64,000 nt of DNA. It comes from Candidatus Marinacidobacterium sp. Its GTDB lineage: Bacteria; Acidobacteriota; Vicinamibacteria; Marinacidobacterales; Marinacidobacteraceae. The DNA lies in NCBI GenBank assembly GCA_965220965.1, contig OZ244852.1, positions 992,001 through 1,056,000 of the forward strand, read 5' to 3'. The translations under genes were made by a program, and so were the position numbers. This document shows, piece by piece, positions 31,858 through 41,948 of the stretch; the first letter of the stretch is position 1, and each line of letters begins with the position of its first letter. The notes under the pieces were generated by a model that had not been told where the DNA came from, ran no database searches, and saw nothing but the letters and a program-made list of their open reading frames with translations.

Positions 31858-32329
31858 CGACGGCGCGAGGCTTCTCCAGAGCCTCCGCCAGATACTCGAA
31901 CCCGCGCTGCTGATCGCGCTCGCGGCGCTGGTCCTCGTCGACGCGGACAGCTATCCGGGCGCCTTCGAGCCGGGGGCGCCCGGCCCCGCGTTCCTGCCGC
32001 GGATCCTCGCCGCGCTGCTGATCGGCGGCGGCGTCGCGCTCGCCGGGCGAACGGTCCGGAGGCGGCGCGCCGGGCGCCTCCCCGAGGACCGGCCCCCGGC
32101 CGGACCGCGCCTTCGCCGGTGGGCCCCCTGGGTGGCCGGCGCGTGGATGGCGGGCGCGCTCGCGGCGCTCCCGGTCGTGGGAACCCTCGGAACCCTGCCG
32201 CTGCTGGTGGCGGGGCTCCTCTGGCTCGCCGGCGAGCGGACGCCGTGGATCCTGCTGGGGGTTCCCCTGGCGTTTTCGGGCCTCGTCTGGGGTCTGTTCG
32301 TCTGGCTCCTCGCTGTTCCCCTGCCGTAG
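31832..32329 (+). CDS. tctB: TctB family small membrane subunit (start uncertain)
   Basis: GPAFLPRIL motif, 4-5 TM helices and a C-terminal LAVPLP. Confidence 0.85.
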   Translation: MVSGSSGSSDGARLLQSLRQILEPALLIALAALVLVDADSYPGAFEPGAPGPAFLPRILAALLIGGGVALAGRTVRRRRAGRLPEDRPPAGPRLRRWAPWVAGAWMAGALAALPVVGTLGTLPLLVAGLLWLAGERTPWILLGVPLAFSGLVWGLFVWLLAVPLP

Positions 32330-32352
32330 CAGTCGTTCGCCGGGAGAGTTTC

Positions 32353-33849
32353 GTGGAGTTCCTCGACGGGCTCGCGACCGCGCTCTCGCCCGGAAACCTC
32401 CTCGCCATCCTCGCCGGCGCCACGCTCGGCGTCTTCGCCGGGGCCGTTCCCGGCCTGAGCTCGACCGTGGGGCTGGCGCTCGTCCTGCCGGTCACCTTCG
32501 CGCTCGAGCCCGTTCCGGCGCTCCTCATGATGACCGCGCTCTACATGGCGGCGGAGTACGGCGGGTCGATCACCGCGATCGCCATCGGAGTGCCCGGAAG
32601 CGCCCCCGCGCTCGCCACCACCTTCGACGGCTACGCCATGACCCGCCACGGAGAGGCCGCCCGCGCCTTCGGCATCTCGCTGTTCGGGTCGATGAGCGGA
32701 GGCATCCTCGGGACGCTGTTCCTGGTGGCCGCGCTCGCGCCGCTCTCCCGCGCCGCGGTGGCGTTCGGCCCCGCCGAGTTCTTCGGGCTCGGCGTGTTCG
32801 GATTGGCGATCGTGGCGAACCTGGTCGGGAGGGACCCGCTCCGCGGAGTCATCAGCGCGGCGCTCGGCATGCTCGCGTTTGTCGTGGGGCTGGATGTCCT
32901 CACCGGGGCGCCCCGACTGACGTTTGGCTCCACGCGGCTCATGGATGGACTCGGACTCGTGCCGATGCTGATCGGGTTCTTCGCGATCGCGGAGGCGCTC
33001 CGTTCCCTGGCCGAGGGGGACGGTGAGCGGGTCGCCGCGCCCGCCCGGCTCTCCGGGGCGCTTCCGCGCTTCACCGAGCTGATCCGTCTGTGGCCGGCGG
33101 TTCTGCGGGGATCGCTGATCGGCGGTCTGATCGGCGCGGTGCCCGGCGCCGGCGCGACGATCGCCTCGATCGTCGCGTGGAACGAGGAGCGCCGGGCCTC
33201 CCGCGCCCCGCACCGCTTCGGCGCCGGCGAGCCGGCGGGCGTCGCGGCGCCCGAGGCGGCGAACAACGCCTGCGTGGGCGCCGCGATGATCCCGTTGCTG
33301 GCGCTCGGCGTGCCGGGCTCCGCGAGCGCCGCGGTGCTGCTCGGGGCGCTCACCGTCCAGGGAGTGGCGCCCGGGCCGCTCCTCATGTCGGAGCAGTCCG
33401 GTCTGGTTCACGCCATCTACGCGGGGTTCCTGATCGCCGTCGCTCTCATGGCGGGAATCGGACGGCTCGGGATCCCCCTCTGGGTGCGCGTGGCCCGGCT
33501 TCGCCCCGGAATCCTCATGCCGCTCGTGGTGGCCGTGTCGCTGCTGGGGGCGTTCGCGTTGCGGGGCAACCTGGGGGACGCCTGGGCGGCGCTCTTCTTC
33601 GGAGGCGCCGGTTTCGTGATGCTGCGGGCGGGTTACCCGCTGGCGCCCGCCGTCCTGGGCCTGATCCTCGGGCCGATGATCGAGACCAACTATCGCCGCG
33701 CCCTGACCCTCTCCTCGGGCTCGCACTCGGTGTTCCTCGAGAGCCCCATCGCCCTCGCGCTGCTCGCGCTGGCGGCGCTCAGCTTCGCCTCGCCGCTGGT
33801 GCGGGCCCGCCTGCGGCGACGCGCCGGACGAAACGCGACGGACTCCTGA
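32353..33849 (+). CDS. tctA: TctA family permease
   Basis: GAVPGL, YGGSITAI, PG....ATTFDGY, APEAANNA, IPLLALGVPGS and GLILGPMIE. Confidence 0.93.
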   Translation: MEFLDGLATALSPGNLLAILAGATLGVFAGAVPGLSSTVGLALVLPVTFALEPVPALLMMTALYMAAEYGGSITAIAIGVPGSAPALATTFDGYAMTRHGEAARAFGISLFGSMSGGILGTLFLVAALAPLSRAAVAFGPAEFFGLGVFGLAIVANLVGRDPLRGVISAALGMLAFVVGLDVLTGAPRLTFGSTRLMDGLGLVPMLIGFFAIAEALRSLAEGDGERVAAPARLSGALPRFTELIRLWPAVLRGSLIGGLIGAVPGAGATIASIVAWNEERRASRAPHRFGAGEPAGVAAPEAANNACVGAAMIPLLALGVPGSASAAVLLGALTVQGVAPGPLLMSEQSGLVHAIYAGFLIAVALMAGIGRLGIPLWVRVARLRPGILMPLVVAVSLLGAFALRGNLGDAWAALFFGGAGFVMLRAGYPLAPAVLGLILGPMIETNYRRALTLSSGSHSVFLESPIALALLALAALSFASPLVRARLRRRAGRNATDS

Positions 33850-33864
33850 CTATCCTGTAACGAA

Positions 33865-35259
33865 ATGAACGAGACGAACGCGGTCCTCGACTTCGCGCTG
33901 GGGACCTCCCTGGACGAGTTTCCGGACGAGCTGATCGCGCTGGGCCGCCGGACGGTCGTCGACGGTTTCGGGGTGCTCCTCGCCGGCGCGACCGAACCCT
34001 GCTGCCGGATCGTGCAGGAGCAGATCCACGTTCAGGGGGGACATGCGGAAGCGACGATCTTCGGGACGAACGGGCGGGCGCCGGCGTCGCTGGCGGCGCG
34101 CGCGAACGGGACCGCCGGCCACGCGATGGACTACGACGACACCCAGTTGTCCAACGCGCCGGACCGGATCTTCGGACTCCTGACCCATCCCACGGTGGCC
34201 CCGCTGGCGGCCGGGCTCGCGGTGGCCGAGCGCGAAGGCGCGAGCGGCCGTCGCCTGCTCGAGGCCTTTCTGATCGGGCTCGAAGTCGAGTGCAAGGTCT
34301 CGGAGGCCATCCACCCGCGCCACTACCAGGAGGGGTTCCACTCGACGGCGACGGTGGGAACGATCGGCGCGACGATCACCGCCGGACTGCTCGCCGGGCT
34401 CGACCGGGATGCGCTCGGGATGGCGCTCGGGATCGCGGCCAGCCTCGCCGCCGGCATCCGGCTGGGATTCGGCACGATGACGAAGCCGCTGCACGCCGGT
34501 CGGGCGGCGGAGAACGGAGTCCTCGCGGTGGATCTCGCCGCCCGCGGGTTCACCGCCGGACGGGACGCCCTCGAGGCGCCGTGGGGGTTCTTCCGGGTGT
34601 TCGGCGGAGGTTTCGACCCGGAGCGCCTCGCCCTCGGCCAGCCGTGGACGCTGATGGACCCGGGCGTCTCGATCAAGATGTTTCCGTCGGGCAGCCTCGG
34701 ACACCCGAGCATCGCGGCGCTCCTGAAGCTCGTCGAGGAGCGTGACGTGGAGGCCGGAGACGTTGACGCCGTCACGTTCCGGGCCGGGAGGAACATCCTG
34801 AATCCGCTGCGCTACGGCGTCCCCCGAAGCGCGCTCGAGGCGAAGTTCTCGATCCCGTTCGTGCTCTCCGCGGTTCTGCTCCGGCGCCGGGTGGGAATCC
34901 GGGAGTTCGCGGACGGGTTCTTCGAGGATCCCGCGACCGTCCGGATGATGCGGCGGGTGAGCGTCGAGTTCGACGAGGAGATCGACGCCCGGGGCTATGA
35001 CCGGATGCGCAGCGCGATGGAGATCCGCCTGCGGGACGGCCGGCTGCTCCGGTGCGAGGCCGACACCTACCCCGGGGGACCCGAGCAGCCCCTCACCACC
35101 GGGGAGCTGCACTCCAAGTTCACCGAGTGCGCCGCGCTGGTGCTCGAGCCGGAGGGCGTCGGCCCGGTTCTGGACCTGGTCGACCGGGTCGACGAGGTCC
35201 CTGTCATGGCGGATCTGGTGCGGGCCCACGACAAGGCGCTCCGCCGGGGTCCGGCGTGA
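33865..35259 (+). CDS. MmgE/PrpD family protein
   Basis: ANGTAGHAMDYDD, THP, GFHST, MTKPLHAGRAA and AKFSIPF. Confidence 0.92.
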   Translation: MNETNAVLDFALGTSLDEFPDELIALGRRTVVDGFGVLLAGATEPCCRIVQEQIHVQGGHAEATIFGTNGRAPASLAARANGTAGHAMDYDDTQLSNAPDRIFGLLTHPTVAPLAAGLAVAEREGASGRRLLEAFLIGLEVECKVSEAIHPRHYQEGFHSTATVGTIGATITAGLLAGLDRDALGMALGIAASLAAGIRLGFGTMTKPLHAGRAAENGVLAVDLAARGFTAGRDALEAPWGFFRVFGGGFDPERLALGQPWTLMDPGVSIKMFPSGSLGHPSIAALLKLVEERDVEAGDVDAVTFRAGRNILNPLRYGVPRSALEAKFSIPFVLSAVLLRRRVGIREFADGFFEDPATVRMMRRVSVEFDEEIDARGYDRMRSAMEIRLRDGRLLRCEADTYPGGPEQPLTTGELHSKFTECAALVLEPEGVGPVLDLVDRVDEVPVMADLVRAHDKALRRGPA

Positions 35260-37160
35260 AGTCCGCGCTTCGAGCGGGCGTCGGCGTCCTGGCGCTGGTC
35301 CTCGCCGTGGCCTGCGGCGGCCCGGGGGAGCCTCCCTGGGAGGTCCTCCAGACCGAGTCGGGGCGGATGGTCCCGATGCGCGACGGAGTCCGCCTCGCCA
35401 CCGATGTCTTCCGACCGGCGCTCGACGGGGAGCCGCTGACGGAGCGATTCCCGGCGCTCCTCCACCGCACCCCCTACGACCGGACCTCGGAACGGCTCGC
35501 CGAACAGGCCCGGTGGTTCGCCTCGATGGGGTACGTGGTGGTCCTGCAGGACATGCGCGGCCTCTACGGCTCCGAGGGGGTCTTCCACAAGTACCACGAG
35601 TTCGACGCCCCGGACGGGTTCGACACGATCGCGTGGATCGCGTCGCTCGACTTCACCGGCGACCGGGTGGGCATGTGGGGGACGTCCTACGGCGCCCACA
35701 CCCAGGCGGATGCGGCGAAGCTGGCGCCCCCCGCGCTCGGAACGCTGGTCCTCAACATGGGCGGACTCTCCGACCCCTGGACCCACAAGGTCCGCAACCA
35801 CGGCGCCTTCGAACTGGGACAGCAACTCGGCTGGGCGCACAGCCAGCTCTCCGCGGTGATGGAAGGGGACGAGGCCCGTCGTCAGCTCGAGGCGTCGTCT
35901 CCCGCCGACTGGTTTCCCCTCACGCCCTTCGTCCTCGACGGCTCGCCGCTCGCGGTGGCGCCCAACTTCGAGGCCTACTACCTCGAGATGCAGAACCTGG
36001 GGGACTACGACGACTGGTTCCGTGGAATCGGCCGCAACTGGCTCGAGTACTACGACCAGACCGCCGACGTCCCGATGCTCCACGTCGGGGGGTGGTACGA
36101 CTCCTACGCGCCCGGAACGATCCAGAGCTACGGGGAGCTGGCCGCGCGGAAGACGGCGCCGATGCGGCTGGTCATGGGGCCGTGGACCCATGGGCGCAAC
36201 GCCAGCTCGTTCGCCGGGGACATCGAGTTCGGCGAGGGAGCGGCCATTGCCGACTTCGCCCGCGAGTTCCATCTCCGGTGGTTCGATCACCACCTCAAGG
36301 GACGGGGCGACGGGAATCCGTTTTCCGAGGCGACCGGCCCGGTCACCCTGTTCGTGATGGGCGGCGGCGACGGCCGCCGGGACGCGAACGGGAGACTCTT
36401 CCACGGAGGGGCCTGGGAGAGCTTCGACGCCTGGCCGCCCGCAGGGACCGGCGCGGTGGAGTACTACCTGCGGCGCGGCGGCGGGCTGGCCCTCGAGCCG
36501 CCCGGGGACGGGGAGGGGGACAGCCGGTTCACCTACGACCCGGAGCATCCGGCGCCCACGATCGGCGGCGCCTTTTCGGGAGCGCTGAAGCGGGGGGGAT
36601 ACGACCAGCGGGAGCGGACCTTCGTTTCCCTCGAGGGCGGATCCGCGAACGGATTCTTCGGCTCCGAGGTGGACGGCCGCCGGACCGCGGAGCGACCCGA
36701 TGTCCTCGTCTTCGAGACCGATCCGCTCGAGGAGGACCTCGTCGTGATCGGTCCGGTGAGCGCGCGGCTCTTCGTCTCGTCCAGCGCGCCGGACACCGAC
36801 TTCACCGCCAAGCTGGTGGACGTCTATCCCCCGCACGACGACTATCCCGAAGGGTTCGACCTGAACATCACCGACGGCATTTTGCGGGCGCGCTACCGCG
36901 ACTCACGGGAAGCGGCCGCGCCTCCGATGGCCCCCGGGGAGGTCTACGAGGTCGAGATCACGCTGTTCCCCACCGCGAACCGGTTCCGGGCGGGCCACCG
37001 GCTCCGGCTCGAGATTTCGAGTTCCAACTACCCACGCTTCGACCCGAATCCGAACACCGGAGAGCCTCTCGGCCGCCACACCCGAACCATTCCGGCGGAC
37101 AACACGGTCCACCACGCCCCCACGCGGGCCTCGGCCCTGATCCTCCCGGTCCGGCGGTAA
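35256..37160 (+). CDS. CocE/NonD family serine hydrolase, lipoprotein
   Basis: Lipobox LAVAC; VPMRDGVRLATD, RTPY, QDMRG..SEG, GTSYGA, GGWYD, GPWTH and ISSSNYPRFD.N.NTG. Confidence 0.93.
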   Translation: MKSALRAGVGVLALVLAVACGGPGEPPWEVLQTESGRMVPMRDGVRLATDVFRPALDGEPLTERFPALLHRTPYDRTSERLAEQARWFASMGYVVVLQDMRGLYGSEGVFHKYHEFDAPDGFDTIAWIASLDFTGDRVGMWGTSYGAHTQADAAKLAPPALGTLVLNMGGLSDPWTHKVRNHGAFELGQQLGWAHSQLSAVMEGDEARRQLEASSPADWFPLTPFVLDGSPLAVAPNFEAYYLEMQNLGDYDDWFRGIGRNWLEYYDQTADVPMLHVGGWYDSYAPGTIQSYGELAARKTAPMRLVMGPWTHGRNASSFAGDIEFGEGAAIADFAREFHLRWFDHHLKGRGDGNPFSEATGPVTLFVMGGGDGRRDANGRLFHGGAWESFDAWPPAGTGAVEYYLRRGGGLALEPPGDGEGDSRFTYDPEHPAPTIGGAFSGALKRGGYDQRERTFVSLEGGSANGFFGSEVDGRRTAERPDVLVFETDPLEEDLVVIGPVSARLFVSSSAPDTDFTAKLVDVYPPHDDYPEGFDLNITDGILRARYRDSREAAAPPMAPGEVYEVEITLFPTANRFRAGHRLRLEISSSNYPRFDPNPNTGEPLGRHTRTIPADNTVHHAPTRASALILPVRR

Positions 37161-37172
37161 CGCCGACCGTGG

Positions 37173-37676
37173 TCAGCGGGTCCAGATCGTGATTTCGCGG
37201 ATCCGCCAGGCGGACGGGTTCGAGTCGAGCGGATCGGGGAGGCCCGGCGAATCGCCGACCCCGATCCGTTCGAGGCCCACCCGGAGGCGCTCCTCGACCA
37301 GGCGATCGGTGCCGATGGCGAAGCTGGTCCATTCGGCGATGAACAGCAGGTAGCTGCGGTCCGGCGTGAACCGGATGGATCCGGGGAGTTCTCTCCAGGC
37401 CACCGGGGCGCGGGCCCGGAACAGGCCGGACAGCCTTCGCCGCAACTCCCGGCCGCGCACGCTCCGCCGACTCTCGTCCGGGAAGGCGAGGAGCGCCCAG
37501 TCCGGCGGATACAGGCCCTCGAGCGCGGCGGCGTCGGCCTGGCCGAACGCCGCTTCGAAGCGGCGAAAGATCTCCTCGGTTCCGATTTCCGTCGGCGCGA
37601 GCGGCCCGCAGCCGGCGACGACGACCAGGACATGGGCCGCGAGACCCCGGCCCGCCAGTGAGACGGGAAGCCTCAC
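37173..37676 (-). CDS. Hypothetical lipoprotein, possibly NTF2/SnoaL-like fold
   Basis: GTG overlaps the kinase stop (GTGA); lipobox-like VVAGC; FEAAFGQADAAALEGLY and a C-terminal WRIREI, typical of NTF2-like domains. Confidence 0.7.
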   Translation of the reverse strand: MRLPVSLAGRGLAAHVLVVVAGCGPLAPTEIGTEEIFRRFEAAFGQADAAALEGLYPPDWALLAFPDESRRSVRGRELRRRLSGLFRARAPVAWRELPGSIRFTPDRSYLLFIAEWTSFAIGTDRLVEERLRVGLERIGVGDSPGLPDPLDSNPSAWRIREITIWTR

Positions 37677-40600
37677 GCCGGATCCCCGTCGGGCTCTTTC
37701 CGAGGCGCCGGCGAACTCTCCGGCGCCGCGGAGGCCTCTTCTCCGAGAGGCAACTCGAGGACCATGAGCGTTCCGCGCGCGCCGTCGGCTCGCGGCCCCG
37801 CCGCAATCCGGCCGCCGTGCGCCTCCGCGAAGCGGCGGGCGTTCGCGAGCCCCAGGCCGGACCCGCGCGTCCGGGTCGAGAACTCGGCGTCGAAGATGCG
37901 GTCCCGGAGGGGCTCGGGGATGCCGGGGCCATCGTCTTCGACCTCGATGCGCGCCAGCCCTCGCGTGGGTTCGCCGGCGACCCGCACCTCGATGCGGCCC
38001 ATTCGGACCGTTTCCCGGGCCGCCGATCCGGCCGACACGTCGTCCTGAAAGGACTCCACCGCGTTCAGCAGCAGGTTCTCCACGATGCGGGCGACGATCT
38101 CCGGGTCGGCCTGCGCCCGGACCGGGCGATCGGTCCGGACGACGACCTCGGGGCCGGACCGGTTGCGGCGCCACGGCCCCACCGTCCGGCGCACCAGACC
38201 CGCCAGGTCCACGCTCTCCCGCTGGAGCGGGGCTCCAAGGGCCGAGAACTCCGAAGAAATCCGCCGCAGGCGTTCGACCTGCGCGAGGATGTCCCCGACG
38301 CTCTCATCGGCGGCCGACCGGGGATCGGCGCCCCGGGGATCCTGAAGCACCCGCCGGATGTAGTCGGCCGCCAACCCGATCGGCGCGAGGGCGTTCTTGA
38401 TGTCGTGAGCCACTCGGCGGGTCAGATCCGCTGCGGCCTCCTCCCGCATCCGCCGCCGAACGCTCGGGATCCGGCGCGCCAGCCGCTCGACGCTACCCGC
38501 GAGCAGCCGCAGCTCCACCACCGTGCCGGGAACCGGGAGCGTCCGGGCGGGAGCGCCGTCCGCGATCCGGCCGGTGGCGCGGGCGAGCCCCCGGACCGGC
38601 GCGGCCAGCCGCCGCGCCAGCAGCCCCGGCAGCAGGATCGCGAAGACGAGCGCGATCGAGCCGCCCCCGAGGATCAGACTGCGCTGGAGAGCCCGCACCT
38701 CCTCGAGGCGTCCAGCTTCGTCGGCGGCGAGGGGAACAGCGAGGAACGTCGGCTCCCCCAGCGGCGAAGGGATCGGCAACGACGTCCAGAGCACCCGGTG
38801 GCGAAGACGCCCCGCCTGTTCGATGCTGAAGTCCTCCGGGATCCGGGGATCCCCCCGCAGAACCGCGGCGTGCGCCTGCGGCGGCGGCCGGGAGGGGAGC
38901 AGCCCGGTCTCGACGAGTTCCGGACGGCTCACCGCCAGCAGCGCGCCTCCGGTGTAGAGAGCGGCGTCGGTGTCCGTCTGGTCGGCGGCGTGCGCCAGCC
39001 GGAGGCCGAGCTCCTCGGGCGGCGCCGCCAGGTCGAACGCGCCCAGCTCCGAGGCCACCCGCTCCACCGTGCGCGAGCGGGCCACCGCCTCCTCGTCGCT
39101 CGCCGCTTCCAGAAGCGTGGCGAACATGCCCTCGGCGAGCAGCGCGAGCCCCAGGATGGCGATCAGGACCGCCGCGGCGAGGGTCTCGGTGAGCTGCATC
39201 TGGAAGCTCCGGCGCGCCGGCGTCCCGCGCGGGTTCGGCCGCAACCGGCGGATCCGCGCGCCGCCGGCGACGAGCAGCGCGAGGAGCGCCGCGAGCAGAA
39301 TCCACCCCAGCAGCGCGGTGACGCGATCGCTGGCCCCGGTCCCGATCCAGGACACAACGAACCGGTCTTCGTCGACCGGAACCGTGACGGCGGTCCGCCC
39401 CGGTTCGGTGGCGAACGCCGAAGCCGCCGGCCGCGTCAGACGAAGGTCCCTTCCGCTGAAGACGGCGGGCGCCGTCCCTCCGCGAACGACGAAGTGGTCC
39501 GCGATGCCGGCGGACCGGGGGACCAGGGGGATCTCGCGGTCGCGGTCCGCCGCCCGCAGGGTCACGGTTTCGCCGGATGCGAAGCGGCGGCGCGTCGTCA
39601 GGAGCGTCTCGTCCCCGAACCTGGGCCGGGACCGCCCTCCGGAAAGATCCTCCGCGGCGCACCCGGCGATGGGCGACCACTCGTTCGGCGCCGGCTCGGA
39701 CGGAGGCGGATCCGGACGCCGCGAGAGCCGTGCGCCGAAGCGCGATGTCGGTCTCTCGGGGTGGCGAACCTCCAGGCCGCTCGCCGCGGTCAGGTGCGGC
39801 AGACCGGTCCGGCGCCACAGCTCGTAGGCGCTCCTCCCCGCAAGCGACGCCTCGGCGTCGAGCGCGCTCCGGGCCTGCTCGAGGGCGTGGCAGATGGCGA
39901 ACCGGTGCCGCAGGACCTGGACCGGCGCGGCGGACCGCGCGTACTGGTTCCGAACCTCTTCCTGCCGCCACTCGAGCGCCGGGTACCAGACCATCGTGGG
40001 CGCGGCAAACAGGCCGAAGGCCGCCAGAAAGGCGAGCCCGGGCTCGTGGGACAGAAGGGGCCGACGCAGGCGACGGAGCGCGAGGAGGCTTCGTCGCCAG
40101 CCCACCACCGCCGCCGCCCCCAGCACCGGGAACACCGCGAGGGCGAGGGGCGCCCCCCAGATCAGGGAAGCGGCCCCGACGACGGCGAGCGCCGCCAGCG
40201 CGCCCGGGAGAACCGGGCGCAGGAGCGCCGCCAACAGCAGGCCGAACGCAGCAAAGAACAGGAGGAAGGCGCTCCAGGCCAGCACTTCGGCCCATCCCAC
40301 GCCGACCCGCCAGGTGGGAGCGAACGGCGTCGCGCCGGATCCGCCTCCGAGCTCGAGGAAGGCCACCGCCGCCACCGCGAACGCTCCGGCCGCAGCGCCC
40401 CGGATCAGGGCGCGCGCGCCGCCCCCCCGGGGCCGCGACCGGCGCAGCATTCGCATCGAGACGACGCGCACCGACAGGAAGAATGCGAGCGCGGTCGCCA
40501 CCGCGTCCAGCGGGGAGCCGGACCAGAAGTCCGCCGAAAGGGCCGGGAGGCTCCCGCCGGCCGGCAGCAGGGGGGCCCCTGACTCGGCGCCGGGCGCCGG

Positions 40601-41761
40601 CGCCGGCAGCGCCCCCACGAAGACGCCGCCGGCGATCCGGATCACCCAGACGCCGGCGATGGCGGCGAGCGATCCGCGTCGCCAGAGCGCGACCCCCGCC
40701 GCCAGCCCCCCGAGCAGCAACGCCGCCGCCCCGATGACGCCGGCGGCGGCGCGCCGCTCGGCGCGCCGGGCCGGAACCGGGGCCACAACCGTGCTCGCGG
40801 AGCCAAGCAACTGGCCGTCGTAGGCGCGAAGCGCGAAGAAATATCGCTGGGAACCCTCGGGGCCATCGACGAATTCCTCTCCGCGCCTCTCGAACAGCTC
40901 GGCCAGCGGCTGCGGGTCTTCGGCGCCCTCCAGAAGCTGCGCCTCGACGCCCCGTCCGGCCGCCGCCTCAACCACCGAAAGCGCCGGCGCCCCGGAGGAT
41001 GGGGGCGATGACACCAGAATCGGCGCTTCCACCGTGACCAGGCCGCGCAGCGTCCGGGTGCAGTCGGCGGCCGCCAGGACCCCGCCCGACCCCCGTTCGG
41101 AGTAGAGGAAGAGCGGAAAGGCCGGATCGGGACAGGTCTCCGGAGTCACGCCGTCCGGAAAGAACTCCGCCAGCGCCTCTCCGAGATCGGTGGCGCCGGG
41201 CGACCACGCGATCGGACGGAGCCGGTCGTCGTGCAGCGTGGCGCCGCCCGGCCCGAACTCATTCCCCGGCAGGGGCCAGCCAGCGAGAATCTCGAACGCC
41301 AGCGACCGGAAGTCGCGCGCATCCGAGCCCTCCACGGCGGCCGCGAGGTTGGGCGTGCGAGCCAGCAGGTAGGCCGCATCCCCGATGCGCCGGGTGGTGT
41401 CCGCCAGCCAGGTGTCGACCCGCCCCGCGGCTCGCGCCGCCGAGCCCGGTCCGGCGACGGGATCGGTCGCGATCGCCGCGCCGCAGACGAACGCCGCGAG
41501 CCCCGCCGCTGCGAGCGGCGCCACGATCCCGGTCGGGCCTGCCGCCTTCCCGGACCCCGAAGCGCGTCGGCGCCACGCCAGCAGGAGAACGCCGGCGCAG
41601 GCGACGACGGCCGACCAACGGGCGAACATCGGGAGCGCGCCGAACGCCGTGCTCACGTCGATCATGGCGATCAGGAACAGCGCGGCCGCCGCGGCCGCGA
41701 CCAATGCTCCGACCGGCCTCGACGAGCCTCGCCAGCGTCTCCAGCCGAGCATGAAATCCAC
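37673..41761 (-). CDS. Very large multi-TM sensor histidine kinase (HAMP-HisKA-HATPase C-terminus, NtrY-like), ~1362 aa
   Basis: HAMP (LAAPVRGLARATGRIADG), H-box RRVAHDIKNALAPI, N-box ENLLLNAVES, G1 EDDGPGI, F box IFDAEFST, G2 GSGLGLA. SD AGGAG lies 7 nt before GTG 41761. Confidence 0.9.
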   Translation of the reverse strand: MDFMLGWRRWRGSSRPVGALVAAAAAALFLIAMIDVSTAFGALPMFARWSAVVACAGVLLLAWRRRASGSGKAAGPTGIVAPLAAAGLAAFVCGAAIATDPVAGPGSAARAAGRVDTWLADTTRRIGDAAYLLARTPNLAAAVEGSDARDFRSLAFEILAGWPLPGNEFGPGGATLHDDRLRPIAWSPGATDLGEALAEFFPDGVTPETCPDPAFPLFLYSERGSGGVLAAADCTRTLRGLVTVEAPILVSSPPSSGAPALSVVEAAAGRGVEAQLLEGAEDPQPLAELFERRGEEFVDGPEGSQRYFFALRAYDGQLLGSASTVVAPVPARRAERRAAAGVIGAAALLLGGLAAGVALWRRGSLAAIAGVWVIRIAGGVFVGALPAPAPGAESGAPLLPAGGSLPALSADFWSGSPLDAVATALAFFLSVRVVSMRMLRRSRPRGGGARALIRGAAAGAFAVAAVAFLELGGGSGATPFAPTWRVGVGWAEVLAWSAFLLFFAAFGLLLAALLRPVLPGALAALAVVGAASLIWGAPLALAVFPVLGAAAVVGWRRSLLALRRLRRPLLSHEPGLAFLAAFGLFAAPTMVWYPALEWRQEEVRNQYARSAAPVQVLRHRFAICHALEQARSALDAEASLAGRSAYELWRRTGLPHLTAASGLEVRHPERPTSRFGARLSRRPDPPPSEPAPNEWSPIAGCAAEDLSGGRSRPRFGDETLLTTRRRFASGETVTLRAADRDREIPLVPRSAGIADHFVVRGGTAPAVFSGRDLRLTRPAASAFATEPGRTAVTVPVDEDRFVVSWIGTGASDRVTALLGWILLAALLALLVAGGARIRRLRPNPRGTPARRSFQMQLTETLAAAVLIAILGLALLAEGMFATLLEAASDEEAVARSRTVERVASELGAFDLAAPPEELGLRLAHAADQTDTDAALYTGGALLAVSRPELVETGLLPSRPPPQAHAAVLRGDPRIPEDFSIEQAGRLRHRVLWTSLPIPSPLGEPTFLAVPLAADEAGRLEEVRALQRSLILGGGSIALVFAILLPGLLARRLAAPVRGLARATGRIADGAPARTLPVPGTVVELRLLAGSVERLARRIPSVRRRMREEAAADLTRRVAHDIKNALAPIGLAADYIRRVLQDPRGADPRSAADESVGDILAQVERLRRISSEFSALGAPLQRESVDLAGLVRRTVGPWRRNRSGPEVVVRTDRPVRAQADPEIVARIVENLLLNAVESFQDDVSAGSAARETVRMGRIEVRVAGEPTRGLARIEVEDDGPGIPEPLRDRIFDAEFSTRTRGSGLGLANARRFAEAHGGRIAAGPRADGARGTLMVLELPLGEEASAAPESSPAPRKEPDGDPA

Positions 41762-41948
41762 GAACGATCTCCTCCCGCGCGCAACCCCGGCGGCGGGCGG
41801 GAGGGGGCGTAAAGTACAAGCAGAACCGGCGCCGCCGGATCTTGGCCTGTTGACGAAGCCGCGTGAGCGCCGGGGCCGCGACCGGGGAAACCCGGACGCG
41901 GAGGTCTGGCCGGGGTCCACCGACGACCCGGCCGGTGGTCTCCGGCGC

